Of a stretch of 64,000 nucleotides of DNA, positions 12,984-25,844 are shown one piece after another. The DNA is from Macrostomum hystrix (taxonomy: Eukaryota > Animalia > Platyhelminthes). Each line of letters opens with the position of its first letter. The first letter of the stretch is position 1. The DNA is taken from positions 18,042,001-18,106,000 of the forward strand of contig CATNEN010000001.1 in NCBI GenBank assembly GCA_950097015.1, read 5' to 3'. Below the pieces are notes generated by a model. That model was given only the letters and a program-made list of their open reading frames with translations, was not told where the DNA came from and did no database searches. A program made the position numbers and the translations under genes.

Positions 12984-14137
12984 TTGCCATGATTGAAACT
13001 CTGGTTTAGCCATGATTCAAACTCTGGTTTTGCCATGATTCAAACTCTGGTTTAGCCATGATTCAAACTCTGGTTTAGCCATGATTCAGACTCTGGTTGG
13101 CTATGATTAAAACTCTGGTTTAGCCATGATTCAAACTCTGGTCTAGCCATGATTCAAAATCTGGTTTAGCCATGATTCAGACTCTGGTTTAGCCATGATT
13201 CAGACTCTGGTTGGCTATGATTCAAACTCTGGTTGGCTATGATTCAAAATCTGGTTTAGCCATAATTTAAACTTGGGTTTAGCCATGATTCAAACTCTGG
13301 TTTAGCCATGATTCAAACTCTGGTTTTGCCATGATTCAGACTCTAGTTTAGCCATGATTCAAACTCTGGTTGGCTATGATTCAAACTCTGGTTGGCTATG
13401 ATTCAAAATCTGGTTTAGCCATGATTCAAACTCTGGTTGGCTATTGATTCAAACTCTGGTTTAGCCATGATTCAGACTCTGGTTGGCTATGATTAAAACT
13501 CTGGTTTAGCCATGATTCAAACTCTGGTCTAGCCATGATTCAAAATCTGGTTTAGCCATGATTCAGACTATGGTTTAGCCATGATTCAGACTCTGGTTGG
13601 CTATGACTCAAACTCTGGTTTAGCCATGATTCAAACTCTGTTTGGCTATGATTCAAACTCTGGTTGGCTATGATTCAAAATCTGGTTTAGCCATAATTTA
13701 AACTTGGGTTTAGCCATGATTCAAACTCTGGTTTAGCCATGATTCAAACTCTGGTTTTGCCATGATTCAGACTCTAGTTTAGCCATGATTCAAACTCTGG
13801 TTGGCTATGATTCAAACTCTGGTTGGCTATGATTCAAAATCTGGTTTAGCCATGATTCAAACTCTGGTTGGCTATTGATTCAAAATCTGGTTTAGCCATG
13901 ATTCAAACTCTGGTTAAGCCATGATTCAAACTCTGGTTGGCTATGATTCAAACTCTGGTTGGCTATGATTCAAAATCTGGTTTAGCCATGATTCAAACTC
14001 TGGTTGGCTATTGATTCAAAATCTGGTTTAGCCATGATTCAAACTCTGGTTGGCTATGATTCAAACTCTGTTTGGCTATGATTCAAACTCTGGTTGGCTA
14101 TGATTCAAAATCTGGTTTAGCCATGATTCAAACTCTC
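12984..14137. repeat. 22-23 bp minisatellite (gccatgattcaaactctggttta)
   Basis: Tandem units with higher-order variant pattern. Confidence 0.95.
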
Positions 14138-15166
14138 GTTTTGTTAACGTTTTGTCTCGTCTCGTAACTGGTACAGAATGTATATATATATTCTTTGATA
14201 TAGTTTGTAATTAAATACATAGAATGGTTATGGGTGAGAGCAGCCTTGGGAATCAAATGAATGCTCCATCAGCAGCATATATAACTATTAGTTAAGACCT
14301 GTACGATTTGATTCGATAGACCTTGTGACATAAGTGATTGTCAATGAATGGTAACAGGTGATTGGGAATCAAGAAGTTATGAATATTTGATGCAAGGTAC
14401 ATTATGAACTAACTAATTAGCCATTGCTACTAGCAATACAGCTGTTTACATACATGTCTCATTAGGCTATCGAATTTCAGTCACTGGAATTCGGAATCGG
14501 AAACAAAATTCAATCTATGGCTTCAATGTCATTGTCTTTATTGTGAAAACTTATGGCCCGTAAGGCATATACACTAACGATTTTGTTACGCGTTTTGATT
14601 GAAGTTTAATTTCGCTATATCCTGCCATTGCTCCCATATATTATATTTTAAACTTATAAACATAACATTATAAACTTTTAAACTTATTTTATTAAACATT
14701 AAACGCATATTAAACGAATATTAAACGCATTTAAGTCTGATTTACATTTATAATTAGGACACAGAATTTTATGTGCTTTACACAATTACCAAAGTACAAA
14801 ATATTATTGTGTGGAGGACGTCAAAACACGCGTGTTTGATAACTTAAAATAATCCGAATAATCCAAAATTTAATTTGCGCGCGTCTGCAAATTAAAACTA
14901 AATTAGTATTGACGTTGCAATATTTCTTACAAATTTCCCTATGTTACAAGAATCATATTTATTATATTATTTTCGTAATTTACCTCAAATAGCAATTTTA
15001 CGGTCAATTTTGTTCGATTTCCGCTTCGACGTCAACAAATAATATTATGCTAGTTCTAGGGTAATACGAGCGTATATATAACAGATACGTAAACACTTTA
15101 TATTTGTATTTACGATCATTCAGGGCATAATCTAGCAATAGATTTAATTTTCTTTGACCTTCTGAA

Positions 15167-15675
15167 ATGATCAGAACAGAGCTATTCACCACTGCTGCTC
15201 TTGTCGTGGCTTTTGCAAGTGTAGCGAGCTGTACGGTGAACTCATGCTCAGGCTCCGACTGCATTATCTACGACTTGTTTAGCACGCAGTCCCAGTGCGT
15301 GGAAGTTCAAAATGAGGCTCCACTCGGTGGCTGTGTTTGGTATGCTGGCATGAGCGCCTTTGTGGACCAGGTAGCTAAAGGTGGTCGCATCATCGCGTAT
15401 AAGATCCAGTGGTTCAACGGTCGATGGAGTGGTTGGTAAGTTTCTGGCGTTTGACTTAACAAAGAAATTGAATCGACTTTTAGACAAATTGAATACAACA
15501 TTTCCTTTTTACTTGTTCACATTGCAGGTATGTTCCAGGGGTGAACGACATTGATTGGAAGTTCAACACCAACTCGGTTTCGTGCAGCGTGCCATCAGCG
15601 GCTAATAGCATGCGTCGTGTTTGGTCGTACTTCACTGACCACACCCATAGCTACATCATCTGCAAGTCGCCCTGA
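15167..15675 (+). CDS. Small secreted nb001-like protein, copy 2 (exons 15167..15435, 15528..15675)
   Basis: Near-identical to copy 1 at offset 5063; two substitutions seen in the signal peptide. Confidence 0.8.
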
Positions 15676-16110
15676 ATGTCGCCATGAACTCAAACTGACG
15701 CACTAAAATGTTTTCTTTTAGAGTGAGGCATATACACTCATATCTAAGGATTTAGAAACATTCATTTAGAAAATGTAAATCAATACCACTCACGTCATCT
15801 ATAAGCTCCTATGGTGAAAATGCAGTTTAAAGTGTAAATACTGACATACCGTACGTATGATATGCCGACGTAAACTCTGTAAAACGATAGAAACGCTAAT
15901 AGAACCTGTCTTAGTTGTAGTAATTTGTTATTTTGATCACCGTCACTTTCACATCTTTTGTATGACTATTAAATGGAATAGATTCGTAGGCTTTACCACT
16001 TAGGCTTTTACGCAGGCTTCTAGAACTGGCACTATATTCTATGAAGTGCGGTCAAGTTCAAGTGAGACAGTCTCGGCAGCGCAGGCTTCTAGAACTGGCA
16101 CTATATTCTA

Positions 16111-17165
16111 TGAAGTGCGGTCAAGTTCAAGTGAGACAGTCTCGGCAGCCTCGTTATTAAACACTAGAAGAAAGCAGATGATTTTAAAAGAGCATGAATT
16201 TTAACATACAATTAGCAAAACTTCAGTTAAAAAAACTAGCAACAACTGTACCCTTTCTCATTGAACAAAAGTGCAGGTCGAGAGACCCGAAAATGGGGTA
16301 CTATTGCCCTGAAATATTGGATGTTCTTGTCGCTTCTTCAATTTTCAAAATGTCAACGTCAGAAAAGGCCTCATCTTCGTCCTCTGCTATCTTCGAGCCC
16401 TTCTCGACGTAGTTGCCCTTCATCTCGACACACTTCTTGAGCCGCTCGATCCACTTGTCAAAGGCTGAGGCGAAGGCACCTGGCGAAAGGCGGCTGCAGG
16501 CTCGCTCCCACTCCACCTTGACGGTGTCTCCGCTGATGGAGACGCCCCCCAGCTCCCCCTTAATCGTTGGGAAGAGGAAATAGTCAGCTGGTGCCAGGTC
16601 TGGGGAGTAGGGAGGATGAGGGACAACCTGTTAGGCCGCTCTGCATTTTTTTTGGTTCTTGTGGCTGATGCACTTTATCAAGTTGTAGCTAAGGCAGAAG
16701 TCGATGAAAAAGGCTGATTTTTTGTCACTGATTGTCTACTACAATGATCACCCAGTTGACAATGATCCCCCAGTTGACAATCATCCCCCATCAAAGATGG
16801 ATGCATATGAGCAGACTTGTTCCCATAGACAGCGAGACAAAGGCATTGGTTTGTAACCCAGTGTCAGAATCGAATGCCCGATGTCATAGTTGCTTGCAAA
16901 GTGTCAACAAAGCTTGAAGTTTGTCAATATCGGATGCAAATTGTCAGAAGTGAACCAAAGTTTGTCAAAATAGGTTGAACATTTTAGCTAGCGCTGCCAC
17001 AGACTGTCAAAATTGGATGCAACGATGTCAATATCGAGTGCACCTTTTCCAAAATAGAAAGTAAAAAGGTGTAGTCTAGCTAAAATATGAAACACTTGCG
17101 AAGATGATCGGGTGGGATTTACCATAGATATTGCGTTTGTCTCACTTGAACTTGACCGCACCTCG
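16111..17165 (-). mobile_element. Internally deleted mariner element
   Basis: TIRs tgaagtgcggtcaagttcaagtgagaca / tgtctcacttgaacttgaccgcacctcg, flanked by TA. Left end region tandemly duplicated (69 bp, ~16012-16149). Confidence 0.85.
16301..16630 (-). pseudogene. Mariner transposase C-terminal fragment
   Basis: VVPHPPYSPDLAPADYFLFPTIK...WIERLKKCVEMKGNYVEK (YSPDLAP motif). Confidence 0.9.
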
Positions 17166-17366
17166 TAACTCAAGCGCAGCGCTCAAGAATTAAAATTGTT
17201 GTCTACTTTGCTAGAGCCCAGGGGGGTGTTTCATAGAAGTGACAGCTAGTTACAAGTGACTAGCGACAAGTCGACAAGCTACAAGTTACAAGTGCAAGTT
17301 ACAAGTGTAAGGCTCTTCATTCCACTTAGGTATCTGTTGTCTTGCTTCACATCAGTTTAAGAACTG

Positions 17367-17770
17367 AGAGATGAGACACAGGAGAGATGAGACTCGGGAG
17401 AGATGAGACACGGGAGAGATGAGACACGGGAGAGATGAGACACAGGAGAAATGAGACACAGGAGAGATGAGACACAGGAGAGATGAGACACAGGAGAGAT
17501 GAGACACAGGAGAGATGAGACACAGGAGAGATGAGACACGAGAGAGATGAGTCACAGGAGAAATGAGACACGGGAGAGATGAGATACGGGAGAGATGAGA
17601 CACGCGAGAGATGAGACTCGGGAGAGATGAGACACAGGAGAGATGAGACTCGGGAGAGATGAGACACGGGAGAGATGAGACACGGGAGAGATGGTACACA
17701 GGAGAGATGAGACATAAGAGAGATGAGACACAGGAGAGATGAGACACGGGAGAGATGAGACATGTGAGAG
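17367..17770. repeat. ~17-bp minisatellite (gagagatgagacacgg), inverse of the 6692-7337 family
   Basis: Tandem units. Confidence 0.93.
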
Positions 17771-18284
17771 ACGAGTTGAGTGTCTCTCCTAATTGATTTC
17801 GAGTGCAAAACCTATAAACTCACCTGTCAAAAAATGACAAGTTTTGAAGACAAGCAGAAAACTTTTGCAATGCGAGTTATATGTTTAATGAATTACTCGT
17901 ACTTTCGCTTCTTCATTGTCTATTTACCTAAATCAATTTCTGTGATTCGCAATAAAAAAGCGACAAGACATTAAAATAAACTACATTTACAACATTTACA
18001 AACGCAACAAATCTTTAATTAAAATTCAGTCGCCAAAACAAGCCAAATAACATTGCCAATTTAAATTAAATGAGCATCCAGCGTGTCGTTAGAACACTTA
18101 GTCAAAACAAGTCAGAGTTTTGCCGTTTGCATAACTGGACAGCAATGAGCGGCAGGGAGCATTACAGTACGGTATTTGTCAAACAGGAAAGTGCAGAGGA
18201 ATTAAATAAGGGGATTGAAGCGTTGGCCAATTAACTTCTGCCAACTGCATTAAACGTTTTACTAATACAATTGCCTTGGATAAT

Positions 18285-18810
18285 AAACTCAGGAGGAGAA
18301 AGAGACTCAGGGAAGAAACAGACTCAGAGGAGGACACAGACTCAGGGGAAAAACAGACTCCTGGAAAGACACAGACTCAGGGGAAGAAACAGACTCAGGG
18401 GAAGAAACAGACTCAGAGAGGAAGAAACAGACTCAGGGGAAGAAACAGACTCACGGGAAGACAAAGACTCAAGGGAAGAAACAGACTCAGGGGAAGAAAC
18501 AGACTCAAGGGAAGAAACAGACTCAGGGGAAACACAGACTCAAGGGAAGAAACAGACTCAAAGAGGAAGAAACAGACTCAGAGTTGAGAAACAGACTCAG
18601 GAAGGAAGATAAACAGACCCAGAGCTGAGAAACAGACTCAGGAAGGAAGATAAACAGACTCAGAGTTGAGAAACAGACTCAGGAAGGAAGATAAACAGAC
18701 TCAGAGTTGAGAAACAGACTCAGGAAGGAAGATAAACAGACTCAGAGTTGAGAAACAGACTCAGGAAGGAAGATAAACTGACTCACAGAGCAGGATAAAC
18801 TGACTCGGGA
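18285..18810. repeat. 18-21 bp minisatellite (aaacagactcagg..)
   Basis: Tandem units with a 40-bp dimer in the distal half. Confidence 0.9.
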
Positions 18811-18829
18811 AACTGAGGAAAGGCAGCCC

Positions 18830-21141
18830 TCACTGCCGCCTCGGCAGCAGTTCCTCCGAGCGCAGTTTGTCGAGCAGTTCAGCGAGCATTGGGCGCACAA
18901 AAGTGCAAGCCGGGCCGGCCATGAAGCGGTCAGTCTCGGCGAAGGCCAGCTGTCGCCCAATGGAGCTAAGGCGGGTGTCCACAATGGGACAGGCAGTCCT
19001 CAGTTCCTGTTTAAACATCAGCGGCATGCAGTCGTGCAGCGGCATGATGGCTCGACGCCAGCGATCAACCGACGCCATCTGGACGCCCAGGAAGGCTTCG
19101 ATAGCGTTAAGAAAGTACACGGCGCACTTGCTGCGATAGGCGGCCGAAGGAGCACTGCCGCACAGCTCGCCCAGGTAGGCCACAAACTTCTCATCGAAGC
19201 CGGTCACAAAGTTTTGAGTCCGGCTGCGATCAGCCCGACTCTGCAGTGCTCGCAGGCGGAGCATCAGGAGGCAGTCCAGCCTGTGCTGAAAAGGCGCACC
19301 GTAGGCTGTCAGCAGTGCCACAGAGACTGCGGCCGGGTCCACCTGGCCTAGAAGGCTGAGCTGTGAGTGGCCTTCCTCAGTGGCTTTCACAGTGAGCTTG
19401 GCCAGCTCTTCTAGCTGGGCGTCAGTCAGCTCCGGGTGCTTGGCGCGCAACTGCTCAGCCGCTTGAGCACTGCTCGGTGTTATTTAATGAGTGAGATGCT
19501 TCATTGGGAGCTTTCGGTTTTTTCCCGAAGCTGTATAGTTAACCACAAAGTAAACGTGTGAATCAAGAGTTTGAGGTGTTACGTATGAATGTGTGAATCA
19601 CTGTGATTTACTTGTGAGTCACTGAGATCAGGGTGTTAATCACTGGGATAAAGGTGAGAATCACTGGCATTAAGGTAAGAAGGGATAAAGGTGAGAATCA
19701 CTGGCATTAAGGTAAGAAGGGATTAAGGTGAGAATCACTGGAACTGGGATAAAGGTGAGAATCACTGGGATTAAGGTGAGAATCACTGTGATTAAGCTAA
19801 GAAGGGATTAAGGTGAGAGTCACTGGGAATAAGGTGTAAATCACAGTGATTTACTTCTGAGTCACTGGGATAAAGGTGAGAATCACTGGGACTGGGATAA
19901 AGGTGAGAATCACTGGGATTATGGTGAAAATCACTGGGATTGAGGTGATAATCACTGGGATTAAGGTGAGAATCACTGTGATTAAGGTGAGAATCACTGT
20001 GATTAAGCTAAGAAGGGATTAAGGTGAGAGTCACTGGGAATAGGGTAAGAATCAATGGGAATAAGGTGTGAATCACTGTGATTTACTTGTGAGTCACTGG
20101 GATAAAAGTGAGAATCACTGGGACTGGGATAAAGGTGAGAATCACTGGGATTATGGTGAAAATCACCGGGATTGAGGTGATAATCACTGGGATTAAGGTG
20201 AGAATCACTGGGATTAAGGTGAGAATCACTGGGATTAAGGTGAGAATCACTGTGATTAAGCTAAGAAGGGATTAAGGTGAGAGTCACTGGGAATAGGGTA
20301 AGAATCACTGGGAATAAGGTGTGAATCACTGTGATTTACTTGTGAGTCACTGGGATAAAAGTGAGAATCACTGGGACTGGGATAAAGGTGAGAATCACTG
20401 GGAGTATGGTGAAAATCACTGGGATTGAGGTGATAATCACTGGGATTAAGCTAAGAAGGGACTAAGGTGAGAGTCACTGGGAATAGGGTAAGAATCACTG
20501 GGAATAAGGTGTAAATCACTGTGATTTACTTCTGAGTCACTGGGATAAAGGTGTGAATCACTGTGATTTACTTGTGAGTCACTGGGATAAAGGTGAGAAT
20601 CACTGGGATTATGGTGAAAATCACTGGGATTAAGGTGAGAATCACTGGGATTAAGGTGAGAATCACTGGGATTAAGGTGAGAATCACTGGGATTAAGGTC
20701 CGAATGACTTGAGTTAATGTGTGCGAATTACAAAGCTGTCTGTGAATTCGAGAGATTTATTCAAATAAGGCCGCTAGCGAGACCCGAAATTAGTCGGCAG
20801 AATGCATACCCAGAACCCGACATTGTGTAGACATCGGCCAGCAGCTGCCTGTGCTGTTCAAAAGCTTCTCCGAGTTCAATTTTTTGCTCAGCCTCTGGCA
20901 AATCGGCCGGGGAGTCGCTAGTTGAGTTTGAGCACGAAGATGAGGAATCCCAGCCGCGCTGATGATTTGGTCTCCATGGTTTCTGCTTCTGGCTATGGTT
21001 CTGATACGGCTGCTGCTGCTGCTGCGTCTGCTGCGAGCTCCAGTCGGATCGTTTAGTGACCGCGCGACCTTGCTTGGAGTTGGCCGCGCCGTCTAATCTG
21101 TTATTTATCTGATTTCCATTGGCTACTGGTGTGAAGCTCAT
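18830..21141 (-). CDS. Hypothetical protein (exons ~21141..20810 and 19469..18830), possible MIF4G-like helical domain
   Basis: Two GC-rich ORFs joinable by a phase-2 GTATGC/CAG intron; helical segment with FVAYLGEL and RPMLAELLDKLR. 3' end uncertain (stop vs donor at 18833). Confidence 0.55.
19590..20698. repeat. Intronic ~20-bp minisatellite (gggattaaggtgagaatcact)
   Basis: Tandem units with higher-order blocks. Confidence 0.93.
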
Positions 21142-21484
21142 TGTGCTAGCTTATCTGCTGCTAGAATAATACAATAAACATAAATCTAGCTTTATTATCA
21201 TATTAATAAATGTTTAAGTTAACAAAGGTTGATATTTTAAGATCACTTAAAAAGCAAAACGATTACAGACTGATTTGGCATTGATTTCATTGAAATCAAA
21301 GGATTTGAGTTTGAATAAAACTTACAGTTTTATACCAAGTTTGTATACGATACACAGAAGTGCTCTTATATTCTTTATAAAACATATGATGACAAATACT
21401 AAGAAGGGTTCAAGAGAGAGAGAGAGAAGTAGAAAGTATTGCTATATACTTGAGATCATTGGCAATGCTCTTTGGAAAGCTTAA

Positions 21485-24135
21485 CCTCTTCAAACCTAAG
21501 CTCAAACACCTACACAGTCAGTTCTGCTAGATGGCCAGCAGGACTGGCCATAGACTGTTTTTGCTCGCTTCTTCACTCTCTTAACCTCCGGTAAACAAAA
21601 ATAAGCCCAGACCTTCCCTATTTTCAGTTTCTCTCTCTCCAACAAATGGCTTTAGCCCCCAGGTGCTCTTTAAGAGTTGCGGCCTTAGAAGCCAGACGTG
21701 CTCTAGGCTTGCAAAGTGATTCAGAAAGCAGCTCAGACGGAAAAACGGAATCTGACAATTCTGAATTTGAAGAAGGCACTGGAGATGAAGGAATGGACGA
21801 AACAGAGCAGACTCCAGAGGTTCAAGCAACACCATGGCAAATCGTAAATGAACATACCGATGCAATTCATGTCCAACAGCGAGAGTTTTTGGGCACCCCG
21901 GGAATCAACCCTGGCTTGAATCCATCGGACAACTTTGAAGACAACTTAAATCTTTTTTAACACCAGAGTTGTTTGAGCATCTGGCCCACTGGACCAACAA
22001 CCGAGCTCAGGGAGCTAGACAAGAATTTGAATCTCATCAGGATGCTGAAGATCCACTCCCAGCTAAATTGAGCGCATGGTACAACTGCACAGCAAACAAG
22101 ATGAGGAAGTATGTTGGCATGGTGCTCTACATGGGGCTTAACAGAAGGGTAGAATTACGGCAGTACTGGTTTATTGATGCGTTCTATGCTACTCTGTACT
22201 TTTAACTACCCTGTTGTCTGTCGCGGGATTGCTTTGCAAACATCTCATTGTTTCTGCGATTTTACGACTGCCAATCAGAGGATGAGGAAGATGTCCTGGG
22301 GAAAATCTGACCGTTCATGAACATCCTGCAGGGCTGCTTCATGAGTGTATATGCCAGAGTGAGAAGTCGCTGTTGATGAAACCCTGGTGCACTTCAGGGG
22401 ATGATTCAAGTGCAAGCAGTACATAACAACCAAGCGAGCCCACTATGGTATTAAGATGTACTGCTTGTGTGAGTTGTCAACAGGCTACCTCAGCAATTTC
22501 GAGGTTCACTCCACGTTGGAAGCGAATCAGCAAGTAGGGGTGGAGCTTAATGACGGAACACTAACCTTTGGCGGAAGGGTTGTTGCCAAGCTCTGCCAAG
22601 AGATCTTGGGCCTGGGATACCATGTCTACTGCGACAGCTACTTTGGCTCCTTGTCCCTAGCAGAGTTCCTGGACACCAGAGGCACCCTGCTAACTGCAAC
22701 AGTTAGGGCCGATAGCGGAATTCCAACAGAGCTCAGGGACTTAAGGCTTACTGCGCCGGGCACTGCCTTCATGCGCAACGAATCCATACTCGCCAAAAAA
22801 TCACGGATAGGAAAGCCAGCGGAGTCAAGCAGCTCTACATGCTGGACTCAGCGAATGTCGCCGCAGAACGTGATCGAAGTAACACGGGTTGGACATGGTG
22901 AACGCCAAGAACGAGTGCGGAAATCACGGTCTGTGCTGGACTACAACAAGCATATGGGTGGTGTGGACCGCCTAGATGCAACTGTGCAACCCTACAGACC
23001 TGATCGAAAGACCTTCCACTGGTTTATGCGCTTCGGTGTCCACATGATGTTGGTATCATGCAGGAATGATTGGGTAGTGTAAACGCGCTGTGGAGGAAAA
23101 AAGGTTTTTGGGCAGTTTCTGGACTCAGCAGTGTGATACATGATCGAATCGACTGGTCCCGGTCGTAAGAGGAAGCTTCACCTGGGTCCTGTGAGAGTCG
23201 GAACCAGGCACCTGCCAAGAAAGTTGCTGCCAACAGACAAGCAAGCTCACCCGACAAAGCAATGCCGAGTGTGCTTCAAAGGTCAGTCTGCCAGGAAAAC
23301 AGTTTTCTGCTGCCCCGAATGCGTTGGCCAGCCTGGGTTGTGTCTTGAAGGCTGTTTTGAACATTGGCATGTGGCGGCTGAGACATCAGGACAAACACTT
23401 TTTTCTATTAAATACTTTCACATCTGGAAAAGCGTACAGTCTAGGGCACACATTTTTAGTCAACTTTTTTATTTTGCGCATGCACACATGAAAACATGTT
23501 TAAAATGAAAAACAACTGTAGCAACGTTACTGCTTCATGTGTTTTTGTTCAGTTTTTTTGTATATTGTTAAATGCCCATCAAATTTTGAAATTTCTCCCA
23601 CTAGAAGATGATCTAGTGGGAGAGAAGATGATGATGAGAAGATGATTAGACCATTTTATTATGTCTTAAAAGTTATAGTCGTATCATCTAGCATATTTAT
23701 ATTTTTGGAATTAAAATATGATTGTGATGAGTCTTTATCTGTAAATATTTGTGCATTTACTGGTAATAGCTGCGTAATGTCTCAAAATATATGGAGAAAA
23801 AACTATTCTTGTACATGTGTCTCCTTAATACAGAATTTTAAACATCATGTTCTACATGTACAGATGTATTAAGTATTTAAATTTAGCCACAGCAAAACTA
23901 TTCCAAAATGTTTTTTGTTTGTAATATATGCCCAAAATCAACCGTTTTGTTAGAGGTTGTCTGAACAAAAAAAGCATAATATTTTATACACCTATATTAG
24001 CACTTGTTGATTTACATGTAATAAACAGTATACCACTGTTAAATATCTTTTGTCTGAGAGGTTACGCTAAGAAATGCAAAGCTATTTTTGATTTTGTTTC
24101 ATGACCAGCTGTGCTGGCCATTCGGGTTTTTGGGG
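21485..24135 (+). mobile_element. piggyBac element (degenerate)
   Basis: TTAA at 21481 and 24136, CC../..GG ends, subterminal atggccagca inverted motif, internal transposase relic. Ends approximate. Confidence 0.65.
21646..23400 (+). pseudogene. piggyBac (PGBD-like) transposase with stops and frameshifts
   Basis: VDETLVHFRG, YGIKMYCLC, YCDSYFGSL, YNKHMGGVDRLD, C-terminal CRVC..CPEC..LC..CFEHWH. Confidence 0.9.
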
Positions 24136-24167
24136 TTAAACTCAGAAATATAGACATAGGATTAAAG

Positions 24168-25726
24168 TATACCTTTTTATGTTCTTTGAAAAAAAAATTG
24201 CAACCAATTTGGCCACGGCTCAGCCTGACGCAGCCGCAGCAATTTTCCATAGACAGCAGCTGCTAGCAGCAACCAATTTGGTAAAAACTGCGAGCTATTT
24301 TGCCAGCTTGAAGATATCATCTTATCATTCTTATCATCACTCTGATGGCGAATTGTGGGCCGTACCAAAAGATAAGTCAGCTGGATCGAGAGCGAATCGT
24401 GAGAGCGTACAGGAATGGCGAAGACTGGAGAGAGCTTGGCAGAATGATGGGGATGAAGAAACCGACAGTGAGGAACATCGTGATCACGTATGAACAAACT
24501 GGTAGAGTTGGCACTCTGCCAAAAGGAGGAGTGAAGAGGATGGTGCTGACGGAGGCTATGGTGGACACCATTGTTCAATTTGTTGAAGGTCAACCTACTG
24601 CAACGCTGCAACAAATGAGAGAGCACCTGCTACACCAACACAATGACGTTGCCAACGTGAGTCTGACCACTATCAGTCGTGCTCTGGATGGTCGCCTCAT
24701 CACCCTGAAGTTGCTGCGCCAGGTACCTGTGAACTGGAACATGCCTGTTACAAAGGAGGCGCAAAGGATGCACGTCGAATGGATGCTGGACGAGGGAAGC
24801 CAGGTGAACACAATTTTCATGGACGAGTTTGGGGTGAACATCTGGACGGCGAGGACTCAAAGCCGCTCTGCGAAGGGGCTCCCAGCTGTGACTGTCGTCA
24901 GTGGACAGCGTGGGCAGAATCTCACCATCTGCCTGGCCATCTCGCAACTCGGCCTCGTTCACAGCACTCTCGTTGAAGGAGGCTTTAAGAACGAGCACTT
25001 CGTGGAATTCCTCTCTGAGATTGATGTTCTGATGGAAGAGGAGTTTGTACTACTGTCCAATGGGGCACGCACTCACCTAGGTGTCCCTGGGATGTCTGAA
25101 GGTCATGCTCACCGATTCCTGCCTCCATACTCGCCGTTCATCAACCCGGCGGAGTACGCAGGCTCAGCGCTGAAGGCCAAGCTGAAAAGGCAACTGCAAT
25201 CACCTGCCATTCAGCGCGAGGTGGCAGATACTGGACTGGCTGCTGCAGAAGGTGCGAGACTGCATCAGCACAGGGTGCGCATTCTTAAGAGAGAAGTGCA
25301 GCAAGCACTGAACTGCATCACGCCTCTTAAGTGCCTGCGCTGGATCAACCACTCCCAGACGTACTTCAATCGGTGCTTGAATGCTGAGGACATATTATGA
25401 ATTCGTGTTCTGACTTCTGAGTGAGGACATATTGTTATCATTCTTAATGTTATGAATTCGTGTTCTGACTTCTGACTGAGGACATACTGTTATCATTCTT
25501 TATCGTTATTGTTATGCTATCGCTCCCTATTTCGCTACTGCTGTTGACAGGGCAGGTCAAATATAGCAGTGAGCTGCTATCTTCAAGCTGGCAAAATAGC
25601 TCGCAGTTTTTACCAAATTGGTTGCTGCTAGCGGCGGCTGTCTATGGAAAATTGCTGCGGCTGCATCTGGCTGAGCCGTGGCCAAATTGGTTGCAGTTTT
25701 TATCAAATAGAATGTAAAAAGGTATA
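24168..25726 (+). mobile_element. IS630/Tc1-like DNA transposon with ~150-bp TIRs
   Basis: tatacctttt..gcttgaagata mirrored by tatcttcaagc..aaaaaggtata. Confidence 0.92.
24345..25400 (+). CDS. IS630/Tc1-family transposase, 351 aa
   Basis: N-terminal HTH, FMDEFG, LSNGARTH, FLPPYSPFINPAE. Confidence 0.9.
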   Translation: MANCGPYQKISQLDRERIVRAYRNGEDWRELGRMMGMKKPTVRNIVITYEQTGRVGTLPKGGVKRMVLTEAMVDTIVQFVEGQPTATLQQMREHLLHQHNDVANVSLTTISRALDGRLITLKLLRQVPVNWNMPVTKEAQRMHVEWMLDEGSQVNTIFMDEFGVNIWTARTQSRSAKGLPAVTVVSGQRGQNLTICLAISQLGLVHSTLVEGGFKNEHFVEFLSEIDVLMEEEFVLLSNGARTHLGVPGMSEGHAHRFLPPYSPFINPAEYAGSALKAKLKRQLQSPAIQREVADTGLAAAEGARLHQHRVRILKREVQQALNCITPLKCLRWINHSQTYFNRCLNAEDIL

Positions 25727-25844
25727 ATCGGCCAGAATAATTAAATATTCTACCTAGACTAACTAAATGTGCTACTCAGAATAACTAAATACCCTACCTA
25801 GACTAACTAAATATGCTACCCAGAATAACTAAATACAATACTTA

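Noticed and set aside
12294-14137. CRISPR-like appearance of regular repeats
   Set aside because: Head-to-tail units without unique spacers, eukaryotic context, no cas genes
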